Source: Octopus vulgaris
Taxonomy: Eukaryota
Length of the DNA: 64,000 nucleotides
Direction: 5' to 3'
Assembly: GCA_951406725.2 (NCBI GenBank)
Contig: OX597827.1
Location: 58,094,001 to 58,158,000, forward strand
Of this stretch, positions 12,031 to 25,216 are shown in pieces. The position numbers were made by a program, and so were the translations under genes. Numbering within the stretch: position 1 is the stretch's first letter; every line of letters starts with the position of its first letter. The notes beneath the pieces were generated by a model that made no database searches, had not been told where the DNA came from, and saw nothing but the letters and a program-made list of their open reading frames with translations.

Positions 12031-12448
12031 AGGAGTGGCTGTGTGGTAAGTAGCTTGCTTACCAACCACATGGTTCAGGGTTCAGTCCCACTAGGTGGCA
12101 CCTTGGGCAAGTGTCTTCTACTATAGCCTCGGGCCAACCAAAGCCTTGTGAGTGGATTTGGTAGACGGAAACTGAAAGAAGCCCGTTGTATATATGTATA
12201 TATATGTATGTGTTTGTGTGTCTGTGTCTGTCCTCCCAACATTGCTTGACAACCGATGCTGGTGTGTTTACGTCTCTGTAACTTAGCGGTTTGGTAAAAG
12301 AGACCGATAGAATAAGTACTAGGCTTACAAAAATAAGTCCTGGGGTCGATTTGCTCGATTAAAGGTGGTGCTCCAGCTTGCTCGATTAAAGGTGGTGCTC
12401 CAGCACGGTCAAATGACTGAGACAAGTAAAAAAGAGAAAAAGAGAAAA
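12031..12448 (+). mobile_element. Octopus-type tRNA-derived CORE-like SINE with internal 27-bp tandem duplication
   Basis: Head GGAGTGGCTGTGTGGTAAG, B-box-like GGTTCAGTCCC, core CACCTTGGGCAAGTG, internal TA/TG tract, A-rich tail. TTGCTCGATTAAAGGTGGTGCTCCAGC is duplicated (12351-12377, 12378-12404). Confidence 0.9.
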
Positions 12449-12883
12449 GTGAAGTTAGACATGATCTTTCTTCAATTCTGAGTGTTCCTTTTGAACAAGT
12501 GTGAATGTACCTTTAACTTTACATTCAGATCTATGGTAAAGATCTGGATTACACATTTGAGATGTCTCAGTCTGTAAACAATTTCTGTTTTTGTTAAGTA
12601 ATCTGCTGACTACTGACAAGCTTGATTAAGCAAAACCTGATTATAGTAGTTACAAACAATTCAAGACTGGAACATTTATGCTGTGACATGCTCTACTTCA
12701 TATATTACTAAGTAAATGTCATATTTACAAGTATTTCTCCCACCTTCAATCACAATTTGGCTGAATAGTTTATCTACTAAATTGAAAAACTAATGAGTTC
12801 AAAATTTATCCATGGCATTCTTTCACTGATTTAGTTCGCTAATCAGTAAACCTTGAACTTCTTTCCATTTCATAACTGTCTTG

Positions 12884-13270
12884 CAAACCTGGGCACCAAA
12901 CCGTTAATCGTTAATTAAGAAAGTTAACACTTTCGTTAACAGTTTAACTTTTAAGTTAACTTGGGAAATCATTATTGGACTAATTATCTTTTGTTACATT
13001 TAACTTCTGTTAACTGAAGTCAACTTGAGTTAACTTCTGTTAACTTCAATTTGATTGATGTGAACAGATTTTATAGTTTTGGCACATTTTAAAGGTGGTT
13101 TTAGAGCAAAAACTGTTTTTTTTTTGTTTTGTTTTATCTATAATAAAAATTAATGTTAATGGTTCATTGATAAATTCTGTTACATTTGGAAATAAGTAAC
13201 TGATTAACAGTTATCGGGGCTAACTTTTTGGTTAATGAAGTTAACTTTTCGATTAACAGTGCCCCCTTTG
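12884..13270. mobile_element. hAT-type MITE (387 bp) rich in GTTAAC subterminal motifs
   Basis: Perfect 8-bp TSD CTGTCTTG (12876-12883, 13271-13278); ends CAAACCTGGGCAC...GTTAATCG / CGATTAACAGTGCCCCCTTTG. Confidence 0.8.
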
Positions 13271-16200
13271 CTGTCTTGTGTATACAGATATCTTGTAAAT
13301 TAATTCTCTACTGTTTTTTTTTCATAAAATACTCCAATTTGAACATGTTAAAGCAAGTCTGGAGGTTTTTCTTACAATAGTTAAACTAAAGGCTATATTT
13401 GATAACTGACTTAAAATTGATATATACAACCAGTATTTGACTAGTGCTTATACAAAATGATACTGAAGAATATTCTCAACAAGACAAATATAGGTAAAAA
13501 TTAGAAATATAGTTCCATAGCTAATTTCCTGTTTTTGGTACAAAAAGGAATGTGTTAAAAGTACTACTGACTGGGCATTGGACCAAAGTAGTGTCATTAT
13601 TTTCTTAGATTTTATTCTATAGAGGTTGCTACTAGTTTCTGACATCAATGTAACTGGCTCTGAATTTGAACTGTTTCCAGGTGATATAAATGTTTAGAAG
13701 CTGATAAATTCTCTTGAAGTTAATTACTGTTGCCAAAAAGATCTAACCTCAATACTTTGCTGGATTGAATTAAATTAAATTGAGTTCAAGTAAAGTTTGA
13801 TGAACAAAAATAGAGCAAATTGCTTCATAACTCCGGAAGTTCTTTAAATTTTATTTGAATGTGTTGGAAAATCTTTATTTGGCTTACACATTTCTCACAG
13901 TCCGTAATTGAAACAAGTATGTGTGTACATGGAGGGGTTTGTTTTCATTTTCAATTCAGTTATATTATTGGACCTGTTTACTATAGAGACTTACGTACTC
14001 TGACAGTAGAAGCAATTTAGAGTAGGAATTCATATTAGCTAATCAGAAAAATCTTCCTGACATACAAAATAATTTGTTTGCTAAAATTCCATGACATGTG
14101 ATTTATGATTTTAAATAAGTGAAAATTCATACTTTAATGTAAATTAGAATTTTCTGATTTAATTTTCTTATTTAAGTGGCAAGTATTGGCAAATGAGTAA
14201 ATAACATTGATATTGTGTTTTTTGTTTAGAAACCAAGAATCCTTTAAAAAGTGGAACTTGTTTCATTCAAACCTTACTAAAAGTCATAGTATAGTGTCCA
14301 TAATCAAGATATTACTTGCCAAGTTTTCCTAAATGACAACAGGTCCTAATCCTAATTTTTGCTTCTGTAGTTAGTGAAAGTAAGGGCACTCAACTGAAAA
14401 AAGAAAAAAATTCCTTCAGTAGAAACAATCTGAAAAATGTCTGCACAAATAAATGGATATAAAACTGTAAAAAAAGAAAAAGGAAGAAAATATAATAAAT
14501 AAATTCAACATTCTTAATTTAAATAAATTAATGTAATTACTGTCACAAACATTCATAACAAAATGTTGTCAAAAGGAAATGATAACAGCTTTGGGACACA
14601 AGGCAAGTTGTAATTTGCTGATGGTATAAACTAGTTTTATATTTGTGATGATCCACTGGCTTTACTAAAAGTTCTGTTTTGCTCATTGTTTGCTTTTAAT
14701 GGCTTTAGTCAGTGTACATATGTTAATTTGAAATCAGATAAAACCACTTGAGGTTAAAATCGGAAATATGTTTCATTGAGATATTGTCCATGCCACTTTT
14801 CTGAATCTATTTTTATATATTATAATATGAACTACAAATTATAATATTAAAACATAAGTATATCTATGTTGATATCATTATTAATTGAGATCGATTTTAC
14901 CTTTAATCTTTCTGGGATTGATAAGTACCAGTCATCTACTAGAATCATTTCAATTGACTATATTCCTTCCCTATAAATGTGCTAATGGATGGCAGTTCAA
15001 ATACTGTCTGGGTCAACTGACTTTCTTCATTTTGGGAACAAAATATTTTCATAATCATTAAGGCTTTAGTGAATTGCTTTACGGTATTCACTTCAGTACG
15101 AGGCTTCAGGATTGATAAAATTAGTACCAGTAACATAATGAGGTTGAATCAATTCATTATATCTACTCCTTCCCTATGAATATGCAAAACTGACTCTGGG
15201 TTTTGCTAAAAGCTAATCCTTTTCTGAACCACCAGTATTTATTTCACCTTTTGTGGCATGAAGTAAATGAGAGATATCCTTCTGGATAGGAAACTGAACA
15301 CTCATTGGGAAACATTTTTGTCACTGAATGGTACTATAAGCCAGCAAATTCCTCATTTATTCCACTACTACTGCTACTTACAGTGGTCATATAACCTGCA
15401 CTACATACTTTACATTTGTCTTTGGCATTAACATCAGAATGGTTACTTTAATTCCTTTAGCAGTATGTACAATCATGTTTCAGAGTATTGCCATGTTTTG
15501 CTGCTTATTTTATTTATTCTTCTGTTCTTATTTATAAGTGTTGTCATTACTCAAAGGATTTTACCACCTACTTGATCAAGTCAGTGAATATGTTCCTTGT
15601 TCAGAGATTTTAACACTATCAATCTTTGGAATAAATAAAAAAAATAATTATCAGTAATATAATGAAGTTGAATCAATTGACTATGCTCCTTCCCTATGGA
15701 AACAAGATTCCATCTCTGCTCTAAAATTTGACATTTGACATTTCCAGCTGTATTAAGATAAGTACTAGTCAAGTACTGGAGGTTTATTCAACTTTAAACC
15801 CCATATTCAAGTTATAATGCATTACAAACCCATGGTCTCTAAATTCTCTTAAATAGAAGGTGGATTTCAAGCTTTAAATTCTTGCTGTATGTTGATGCGG
15901 TCCTATTTTTTTAGATTTCAGTTTTATTGCAGAACAATTGAACAATATTGATATTAAACAGTTTGTAGTGATGACAATTGTATAAGTAAGCACCCTAGTG
16001 AGATGCTAATGCAGTCTAGTTTCAATTTCATTTCACATAAATTATCAATGAAACTTAGTAAAATACATAGTTGTCATTTCATCTCATCTCTCTTTAATTT
16101 TGTGGCCTCATGTTGAGCCCAGTTACTCCCACTCAAAAAAGAAAAAAAGGGAAACAGAAAATTATAATATTCTACAATTCAGCAAAGCCTTGGAAGCTTA

Positions 16201-17919
16201 AGAACTTCATGCCTAATGAAGAAATCAGTATTATATATTAATGTCTTTACATTCAGTTTCCAGACCAATATTAGTTGAATGCTTTTATGAATTCAGAATT
16301 GTTGAAACGGATATTTTACAGCTGAATGCTCTTTGTAATGTTAACTTGGTTGGATATAAAATCTCCAGACATAACCAATATGGTATGGCTTTTCATTAGT
16401 TGGTTGGTATATTGTGTATTTGCTATACAAAGGAAGTAGTATTATTGAAGAGTAAACTGTCTTTTGTGTTTAAATAAGTACAAAGCAATGATAACCAGGC
16501 AAATTTATTTTCCTTGAAAGTGGATTTACCTATAATTTTGGTCATCAAGTAGCTAAATATGTTCAAGGAACACAATAGCACATATTATTATTTATAAAGA
16601 CCATTTAATCTAAACCACAAGTTGTCTTTTTCCTTTTAAGCAACACTTTTTTTTTAATATCTTTGTGCTCAGAAAATCTTTTAAGTTGGTATGGAAATTT
16701 CTGAATAAAATATTTAACTGTATGGATTCTTTCCTCTACAGACAAATGTACATTTGACTGTTGTTTTTTTATTTTTTATTTTTGGCGGTTATCTTAGTTC
16801 TACAACTAAATACTCACATGTATTTTACTTTTGTCTATTCTATCCCCCCCCTACAAAAAAAAAAAGATGGAACTTAGTTATTTAACCAGTACAAGGGAGT
16901 AAATATCAAAACTAGTGTAATTGTATGAATAACACTGTGTAACATGATTTTTTTTGTCCTTGGAAAGCAATTGTTATTTCCTATTTGCTTACTTTTAGAA
17001 AGTATGAAAAATTGCTAATATTTCCTTCAAACTTTGATTTTGTTGCATTTGTTTAAACCCCAAAGAATCCCTCTCAACACATGGTCATGATGCTACACCA
17101 CTACTCCTGCTCATGTTCAGAGATGCACATATTGTCAGCCACTAAGGGACATGCTCAAGTGCTTAAGGTCAACCAACTGAAAAGCAAATCTGTGATATTG
17201 AGCAGAATATTTGCTATAACAATATTTCTGCTTCAGCAACTCAGTGCAAAATCTGAAATGTGATGGAAAATAGGTCAGTTTCAAAACATTGATGTCTAGG
17301 CCATAAAAGCAAAGTTTGAATGGAATAGAAGTCATTTCCTGTGATTTCTTGAGAGAAGCAAATAAGAAATAACACTTACTAACCAAAGATAAATAAATGA
17401 TTTTAATTTTGTTACATACTGTAAAATCAATTTAAATTTGAAAACAAGTGATAATTGTTTTATATTCTGTTGACTAAGATGAGTTATATGACTTTCTTAA
17501 GTTATGTTAGCGCCAGATTTTAAGATTTGGATTTTTTTTATTAGTAGTGTAACACCTTTCAGTAAAACAATATAGATGTACAAGTGACTGTGTCATTACT
17601 TGACCTGATAAAACTGCCACCAAATCTCTCTCAAATTACATCCTACCATCTTGGGGTAAAAATGGGAAAATACATTAGATAATGTAATGTTGTCATAGAT
17701 AAATCGTCTGAATATAAGGTGGGATGGTCATGGCCAGAATGCCTTTTATCTTGGGCCTTTTTGGTCAGGACTGACTTAAGTTCAAACAATAATGCTTGAA
17801 TATAAAAAAAATATCCTCATTTAGAATAGCATGCTGATTCAAAATAGAATATTGAGTATGAAAGAATGTTTAAATATTTTGTTGTCTTAGGAAATATGCA
17901 AATATAAGTTAAGTTTTAA

Positions 17920-18133
17920 CCCTTCAGCAGTTAAACTGGCCATATGCAGCCAAAATATTCTACCTGTTTTATCTTCAAACCAGCTAGACCTGGCCTCTCA
18001 AACCTACTCTACAACGTCATTTTACAAATTAACATCATTAATCTCTCAAAGCTATGAAATAGTGCACGATCAATTCAAAACTATGTAAATAAGTAAGCAT
18101 TACATTTGACAAAGTAATCTGAATGCTGAAGGA
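17920..18133 (+). mobile_element. piggyBac-type MITE
   Basis: TTAA-CCCTTCAGCA...TGCTGAAGGA-CTAA; same family as 27153-27369. Confidence 0.75.
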
Positions 18134-18329
18134 CTAAACTGAAAGTTAGGGCAATGTGCCTACTTATTTAAAGATAAACAAAGTGACAGTCATAATATTG
18201 TTAAATCAAGTATTGAAATATTGTTATAACATCATTTAGATACACAATATTCAAGATAATTTGATTAGAAAAAGTTTTTGATGCTGAAAAATTATTCCGT
18301 GCAACAGAAGTATGAGGCATAGAAATAGC

Positions 18330-18712
18330 CCATCATCATTGTTTTAATGTCTACTTTTCAATGCTTGCATGGGTTAGATGGAATTTACTGAGGCAGATTT
18401 TCTACTGCTGGATGCTCTTCCTTATGTCAACCCTTACCTGTTTCTGAGTAAGTTAATATTTCCCCTTATCTTGACATCACATGTTTGCTGTGAATAAATG
18501 ACATTCATTTACAACAATCATGTGTAGTCAAGTGATGGAGACACAAACACACTTCCTCACATACATACACATATATATGATAAGCTTCTTTCAGTTTCCA
18601 TCTACCAAATCTACTCACAAGGCTTTGGTCAGCTCAGGACCACTCATTAGAATTGAATCTGAATTTATATAGTTGGGATGCCAGCTTCTTAACCACACAT
18701 CCACACCTGTAC
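18330..18712 (-). mobile_element. Decayed SINE with (CAT)n RTE-type tail
   Basis: Starts CATCATCATTG...; contains CTTCTTTCAGTTTCCATCTACCAAATCTACTCACAAGGCTTTGGTC. Confidence 0.7.
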
Positions 18713-19994
18713 CTATTCAAAGACGTGTTTAATAATTTTTCCTTTGTTCAGATGAAAGAAGAACATTGTATGTAGGTTACTCTTGACCTAAATACTATCA
18801 TTACATGTAGTGTTTCAAGTTAATATCAGCTTTAACACCATTCGGGCTTCGATCATAGAGTGCTTCTACTCATAAATTAGTTTACAGGCATAGAAATAAT
18901 GGGCATCAGAATTATTTCTCTTAACAAAAAAGGCTTCTAGTTCGTGAGAATTCAAATAGGGTTGCTGAAAAATAGACGAGTAAAATAACAGGATTATATA
19001 ACAATGATACAAAAGATCATTATTTGAATTTATAAACCAATATCAATCAGTGGTATTTGTTTTTATTTTATTATCTTTTAAATCATGTATGTAAATTAAT
19101 CCACTAACCTCAAGGACTAGTTATGGTAATCTGGTATTCTACTACTCTCCATTGCAATAGAATTCTGCTTAATTGAGATAACATCCATATATACCTTTTC
19201 CTAACACGCAGGTGAAGTGAGACATAGAGAATCAAATGAATTTCTTTAAAATACAACAAAACCCTTGCAGTGAATTTGAATTTTAGGTATCTGAATTTGT
19301 AGTCCAATATATCTAGTTAGCTAGTTTTGCTTCTAAACCTTTAAAACACATCAATTATTCCTTAAATATTTTTATATGATAACCATAAATGTAACAATAA
19401 TGTGAATATATACAAATATATGTTTACAAATGAACTGGTACTCATCATTCTCTCTAGTACCCTGACACATAAGGCAAGCTCTCTAGGAAAAAAGAAAATG
19501 ATTAGGATTGAAACAATAAATTCTGAATAAAATATGAAATATAATGTACTAGATCCCACAGCAGGACAGAAAAGGAAAACAAAGCATTAAATGTAATAAA
19601 TGAAGTGGCATGAATGTTATAGCGTTCTTATATTGTGGAGCTAACACAAAGAATAATTCAGGAGATTCTTGTTTAATGTCAAGAGTTCACTATGTACTTG
19701 ATATCAAGGAGAAAAAAATGTGAGTTATGAATATCTGTAAGATACAAGATATATGAGCACAGTATGACAACAGTGAGAGTGAAGAGAGGAAGTAGATATT
19801 TTCCTTTTCAAATGAGTTCTGCCTCCTACAAGCAATTGAGATAAGTTCTCAATGGCCTTTCATAGTTAGTACAAACTGCCCTGGACTCTAAATAACTGAC
19901 TCTGTATAATGCTGTGTACTTATAATGTTCTGTACTTCAGCCCCGTAAATACAAAAGTTAAATTCTGGTTTTCAGCTGAGAACCTTCAAATGTA

Positions 19995-20305
19995 TCTTTT
20001 ACTTGTTTCAGTCATTAGACTATGGCTATGCTGTGGCACCACCTGGAGGAATTTTTAGTCAAATGAATTACCCCCAGTACTTATATTTTATTAAACCTGG
20101 CACTTGTTCTATCGGTCTCTTTTGCTGAACTGCTAAGTTATGGGGATGTAAACACACACACACACAATGGGCTTCTTTCAGTTTCCATCTACCAAATCCA
20201 TTCTCAAGGCTTTGGTCAGCCTGTGGCTATAGTAGAAGACACTTGCCCCTGAGCATGGAACCATGTGGTTAGAAAACAAGGTTTTTTATCACACAGCCAT
20301 GTCTA
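19995..20305 (-). mobile_element. CORE-like SINE copy
   Basis: Reverse complement of the 12031 family. Confidence 0.8.
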
Positions 20306-22844
20306 CGTATCTTGAGTTTTTACCCCTATCTTCTGCAGGCTTGATATTCATATTGTGGTGTAGTCAGTTTAATTGATCGAAGTATATATCTAGTGTGTAT
20401 TTTATAAACACATGGAGAGGTTTGAATTAGAAGCATAAAAGACACAACTAAATACTTCAAGTCATTTAATCTATTTCTGCCACTCTCCACTTTACCTAAA
20501 CTAAATATTGATTTATTTTAGCTAGACACAATACTAACTTTTGTATGGGAAAAATGCAGCTGATTAAATCTGTTCCACTCACTACATTACTGATAATTTA
20601 ATAAAGGCAAAGTTAGCCAGATGAGGATTGAAATTAGATTGCAAAGGATGAAATTGAACGTTGTAATACATCTGGACTGATGATCTATGCAACTCACTGC
20701 TCTTTTAAACTAAATATTAAAGATTTTGATTATAAATATTGTGCATTGAAATCTCTGAAGATTATTATAAATATAAAACTCTCTACCACAATGTAAATTG
20801 GAGGCTTAGGTCAAAGCAAACCATTGCTGAACAGAATTCTAATTAGCATGTAATTAAAAACAAAATTATTTACAGTTTATTAGTTTGGAATACCAAAACT
20901 GTTCTTCTGTTATGTTATTGGTGGATGCACAATGTTGGCAATAGGAAGCTATCCAGATGTAAAATCTCAGCCAAAACCAATAAGCGAAATAGCAGAACTT
21001 AAAATACTACTACTACTGCATTAGCAGAAATGGCGAATATCATGCTGATGCTGTGTATAGTAGAGCTGGTATCCAGTAGGAGTAACGGCTGCATATTATC
21101 AACCACTTTCACTGTTCATTTCTGTTATTTATCTCCAGGTAAGCTAGAATTGATATAGGAGTAATAATCAAGACTTGAAAGGTAGGCAGAGATGATGTGA
21201 TCTGATGGAAAGACTGCTATATATTAAAGGTGTTGGCTTTTAATATACACAAGTATTGAAGATAGATGACTTCGTTTGTAGGATCATAGAATGAAAGAAG
21301 GTGATCTGTCCTGGCTTAAAATAAGCTACAAGCATAGAGACAGATAAAAATAAAGAAAGACCTGGTGAAAGAGTAGCTCCATTGGATCTTAGAAAAATGA
21401 AGCTTTTTCTAACAAGGCTATAACAGAAGAATAATGTTATACTACTTACATACTTATTCAACCCCCACTAGGATAGTAAATAAATACAAAATCAATGAAA
21501 ATAATAAGGATGCATGAAGTTAATACTAATGATTGTTCAAATCGGTGAACAGTGGAGTAGATTAGTAACTAAGTGGCTATTTGAGTATTTGTGTACTAAT
21601 CAGGTGCAGTAATAACTAAACTTTATCAGATTAAAATATTTAATATTGATTTTCAGCTTAAAATATAATATATGAAATAATATGTGCAATAATATCAGTT
21701 TTGGAGTATGTGAAGTATTGAAAGGCAAGATGATAATTACATATGAGAGAAATTGGCAGATTTATCTTATTTTATGCTTCACTAGGTGCCAAAATTTTTT
21801 TATATATCATTTTTTTTTTTTTTTTGATTTGACGAGATATTATCCTTGGATGAAAAGGTACTCTGGTTTTTATAACCCCTATTTGTATAAACCCTAATTT
21901 TTTTTGTTTTATCTCTTAATTCATTGATAAAGCTACATAATATAAATAAATAATTTGATATTTTTTACATGGAACAATGTATGCTAGAGGTGTGCATGAA
22001 TGTGAGGAGGGAAAGAAAGTGCTGCTCAATTAATTTCTTCATCTCTGGTGGCTTTAGCATTATCAAGTTTCCTGAAAGAAGATTTGCATTAGGAGGATGT
22101 GAGAGTAAATTGCTTTTGGGAGTTGTGATTGAAAGGTTTTCCATTTGTTGTGCAAGTGTGAGTGCGTGCATGTGTGTCAAAGCCAACATTTCACACATCT
22201 TATTCAAATATTACAAGCCTTAGCATCCTTCTGTCTTATTGTATATTGTTACACTCAGCCTTTCCATTCTAAGACTTATAGATTTCTCACCTGATTTTCT
22301 CAAGTCAATCAAAGAGGAACTTGCATTCTTCAGTATCTAGTTACAATGTTCTTTACCCTCCCTCTCTAATATACCTGAACGCACACACACATATATATGA
22401 ATACATTTCTGTCTCTTTTATATATTGATCCATCTTTGCTTTCTGTGTGTGTGTCACTCTAATAAGATTGGATTCTCTTTGAAATAGTGTCACCTTTCTG
22501 TGTTACCTTATTCTCCATCTTTTTATGTGAGTATGCAATATTTGTGTTTGTGTGTGTTTGCATTTGTGAGCATGCACACACAATATGTATTCAAATTTTT
22601 ACATTATGTGTGGAAGAGTTTTTTTTTTAATGTTTAATCAAGTGAAATTTTTATCTTCTAATCTCTGTTCAGTATTAAAATTTTAACTTTTTATTGTGGC
22701 TCCTTGAAACATTCAGAGAAATTTTGAATGTTGCCAGCTATTTTGAATCCAGGCTTAGATGGTCTATTTGTTTAATATCTGAGTTTATGGTAGGAATAGA
22801 ACCACTAACAATATCAGAAACTAAGAGATGTATAATTCATGCTG

Positions 22845-23272
22845 GAGCATTGCCTTGCAGGATTTTAGTCAAAGAAACAACTCCAGTACTTAGTTTTTCA
22901 AAGTCTTGTATTTATTCTAACTCGTCTTTTTTTGCTGGATATAAATTAACCAACACCAGTTGTCAAGCAATGTGGGGACACACACACGCACGCACGCATG
23001 CACGCACGCATGCACGCACGCATGCGTACGTGTTAGTATAACGCTCAAGAAGTGAAAAAGTCTTTAATGTTTCAAGCCTACACTCTTCCACAGAAAGGAA
23101 TACAGAAAGAAACAAGGAGATGGGCTTCCACACAGTTTCTGTTTACCCAAATTCACTCACAAAGCATTGGTTAGCCCAGGGCTATAGAAGAAGTACACTT
23201 GCCCAAGTTGCTGTGCAGTGAAACTGCACTTGAAACCATGTGGTTGCAAAATGAGCTTCTTAACAACACATC
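22845..23272 (-). mobile_element. CORE-like SINE copy interrupted by a short unrelated fragment (23033-23120)
   Basis: Family motifs on both sides of a (GCAC)n/(CA)n tract and an ~85-bp insert. Confidence 0.65.
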
Positions 23273-24147
23273 CTTACTTTTACAGGTGAAAAAGTCAGAG
23301 TTAATGAAAAATTTAATTTTGAATTAGTATTTGTTTTTTTATTAAAAAAACAACAACCTCCCATGCACATGTGCAAGTATGTTTTTGGGGTTTTTTTTAA
23401 TACAATAAATACAAGTCAATTTTCTCAATACCTGTTGTAGTGCAATGGCTATGAGATTAAGTTGTTAAGTGTAACAATCTTATTGTCATGAGTGACAGTT
23501 TATCTGACAAGACAAATTCCTCTCCTATTTTGTTGCTGTTGCTTAATCCCAAGTCAGCTTTGACTGAGCAGATTTATAAACAAAGTGACTAACATGTATA
23601 TCTCAGACAATCTTATCTTGTGCATCCTTCCTTTCTTTTTAAGACAGTAAGAAATGGATGCTATTTCAAGCAAATCAGGCTTCCTCATTGGCTTGTCTAC
23701 TTAGTTGTTAAGTGGTTAGCTGTATGAAAGATATCTAAGCTGTAAGCGAAACATTGTTTGAATACATAACATCTTATTCATACTAACATCCTACAGATTC
23801 TTATCCATACTGTTAATATAGAAGAACTGCACGTTTTAGACATCCTCAATCCAAAGTTGCTACTGTCCTCCCTGTGCTAGTAGAGGAAAAATGCATATAG
23901 ATCAGCCCGCAGTTAACTTAAGCATGACATGACATCAGCTGAAGTATGAAGGATGAAATTTCTATTTGATAATTGTTGCAATAATTTCATCCTTTAACAA
24001 GAGTCACTGAGATGTTGGAGACAGGGGGAAATAAGATTGTAGAATTTATGCTTTTTGTTTCATAAATGAAGCCATTCCAACAGTGAATTTTAACTAAGTT
24101 GTGAAATCATTCTTTTGGTGCAGGTAATATTTTCTACTACTTGGCAC

Positions 24148-24549
24148 AGACATGGCTGTGTAGTAAAAAGTTTGCTTCCTATCCACATGGTTTTGGGTTC
24201 AGTCTCACTGGGTCGAACCTTGGACAAGGGTCCTCTGCTATAACCCTGAGCTGTGATTTTGGTAGATAGAAACTGAAAGGAGCCTGTTGTATATGTATGT
24301 GTGTGTTACTATCTTCTTACCTTGAATTTATGTGATAGTTGTAAATGAGCGTTACCATCATGCAAGCAGTGTCTTCCGTTTCCAGTCTTCCATGGAATCC
24401 TGTCTGGTCATGAGGAAACACTCTACTTGAAACCAGGTGGAGGTGCTATTACAGGAAGTGCATACAGCTATAAAAAAAAATCTGCCTCAACAAATCCCGT
24501 CCAATTTATGTGAACATAGAAAAGTGGATGTTAAAATGATGATGATGAC
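24148..24549 (+). mobile_element. SINE with (GAT)n RTE-type tail
   Basis: Head CATGGCTGTGTAGTAA, core CCTTGGACAAG, tail GGATGTTAAAATGATGATGATGA. Confidence 0.75.
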
Positions 24550-25216
24550 TTCAAAGCTTTTATGACAAACCCACAATAATAATAGTTACCGTAGATAATG
24601 ATTCTAAATAATTATAATTAAAATAATCTTCAATCATATTTTATGGATGGAATGCTATTTTGATTATAGTAATAACACTGAATTCCTATGCTAAAACACA
24701 ATACCTTCAAATTTTTATGAGAAAGGAAATGGAATGCTGTGTTGTTTATATTTTTCCTCACAGTGTGAGTGTTGTGAGTGAAGTGAGATATTATCATCTA
24801 GGAATGAAAACTGCACCACATTCTTGGCTTCATGTGAGCTTATACTGTGTACTGTCAAAATAGTTAAAATATTGCTAGATGTCATATAGATAAGAAAGAA
24901 CAACACAGCATAAGTTCAATTGTTCATTGTAGAATAAATTTAGTCTGGTACATGATGATGGTTGTCTAATTGTTAGATGAGCATCACCATTGTTTGATAG
25001 CTAAGTGTCAGCTATGCTTGTGCAAGGGTTTTGAGATAAGTGTGGCTTGCACAACATCACAATGACTCTCACTAGGAATACCAAAAACCCCAGAGATAAG
25101 CAAAATGCAAAATATCTGGCTCAGTAGAAAAATGGGTTTTATATATGAGTTAGCCTCCTCTTAGTGGGATGCCTTAACAAAGACCAAGAGTCTCCTCATG
25201 CACACACACACACACA

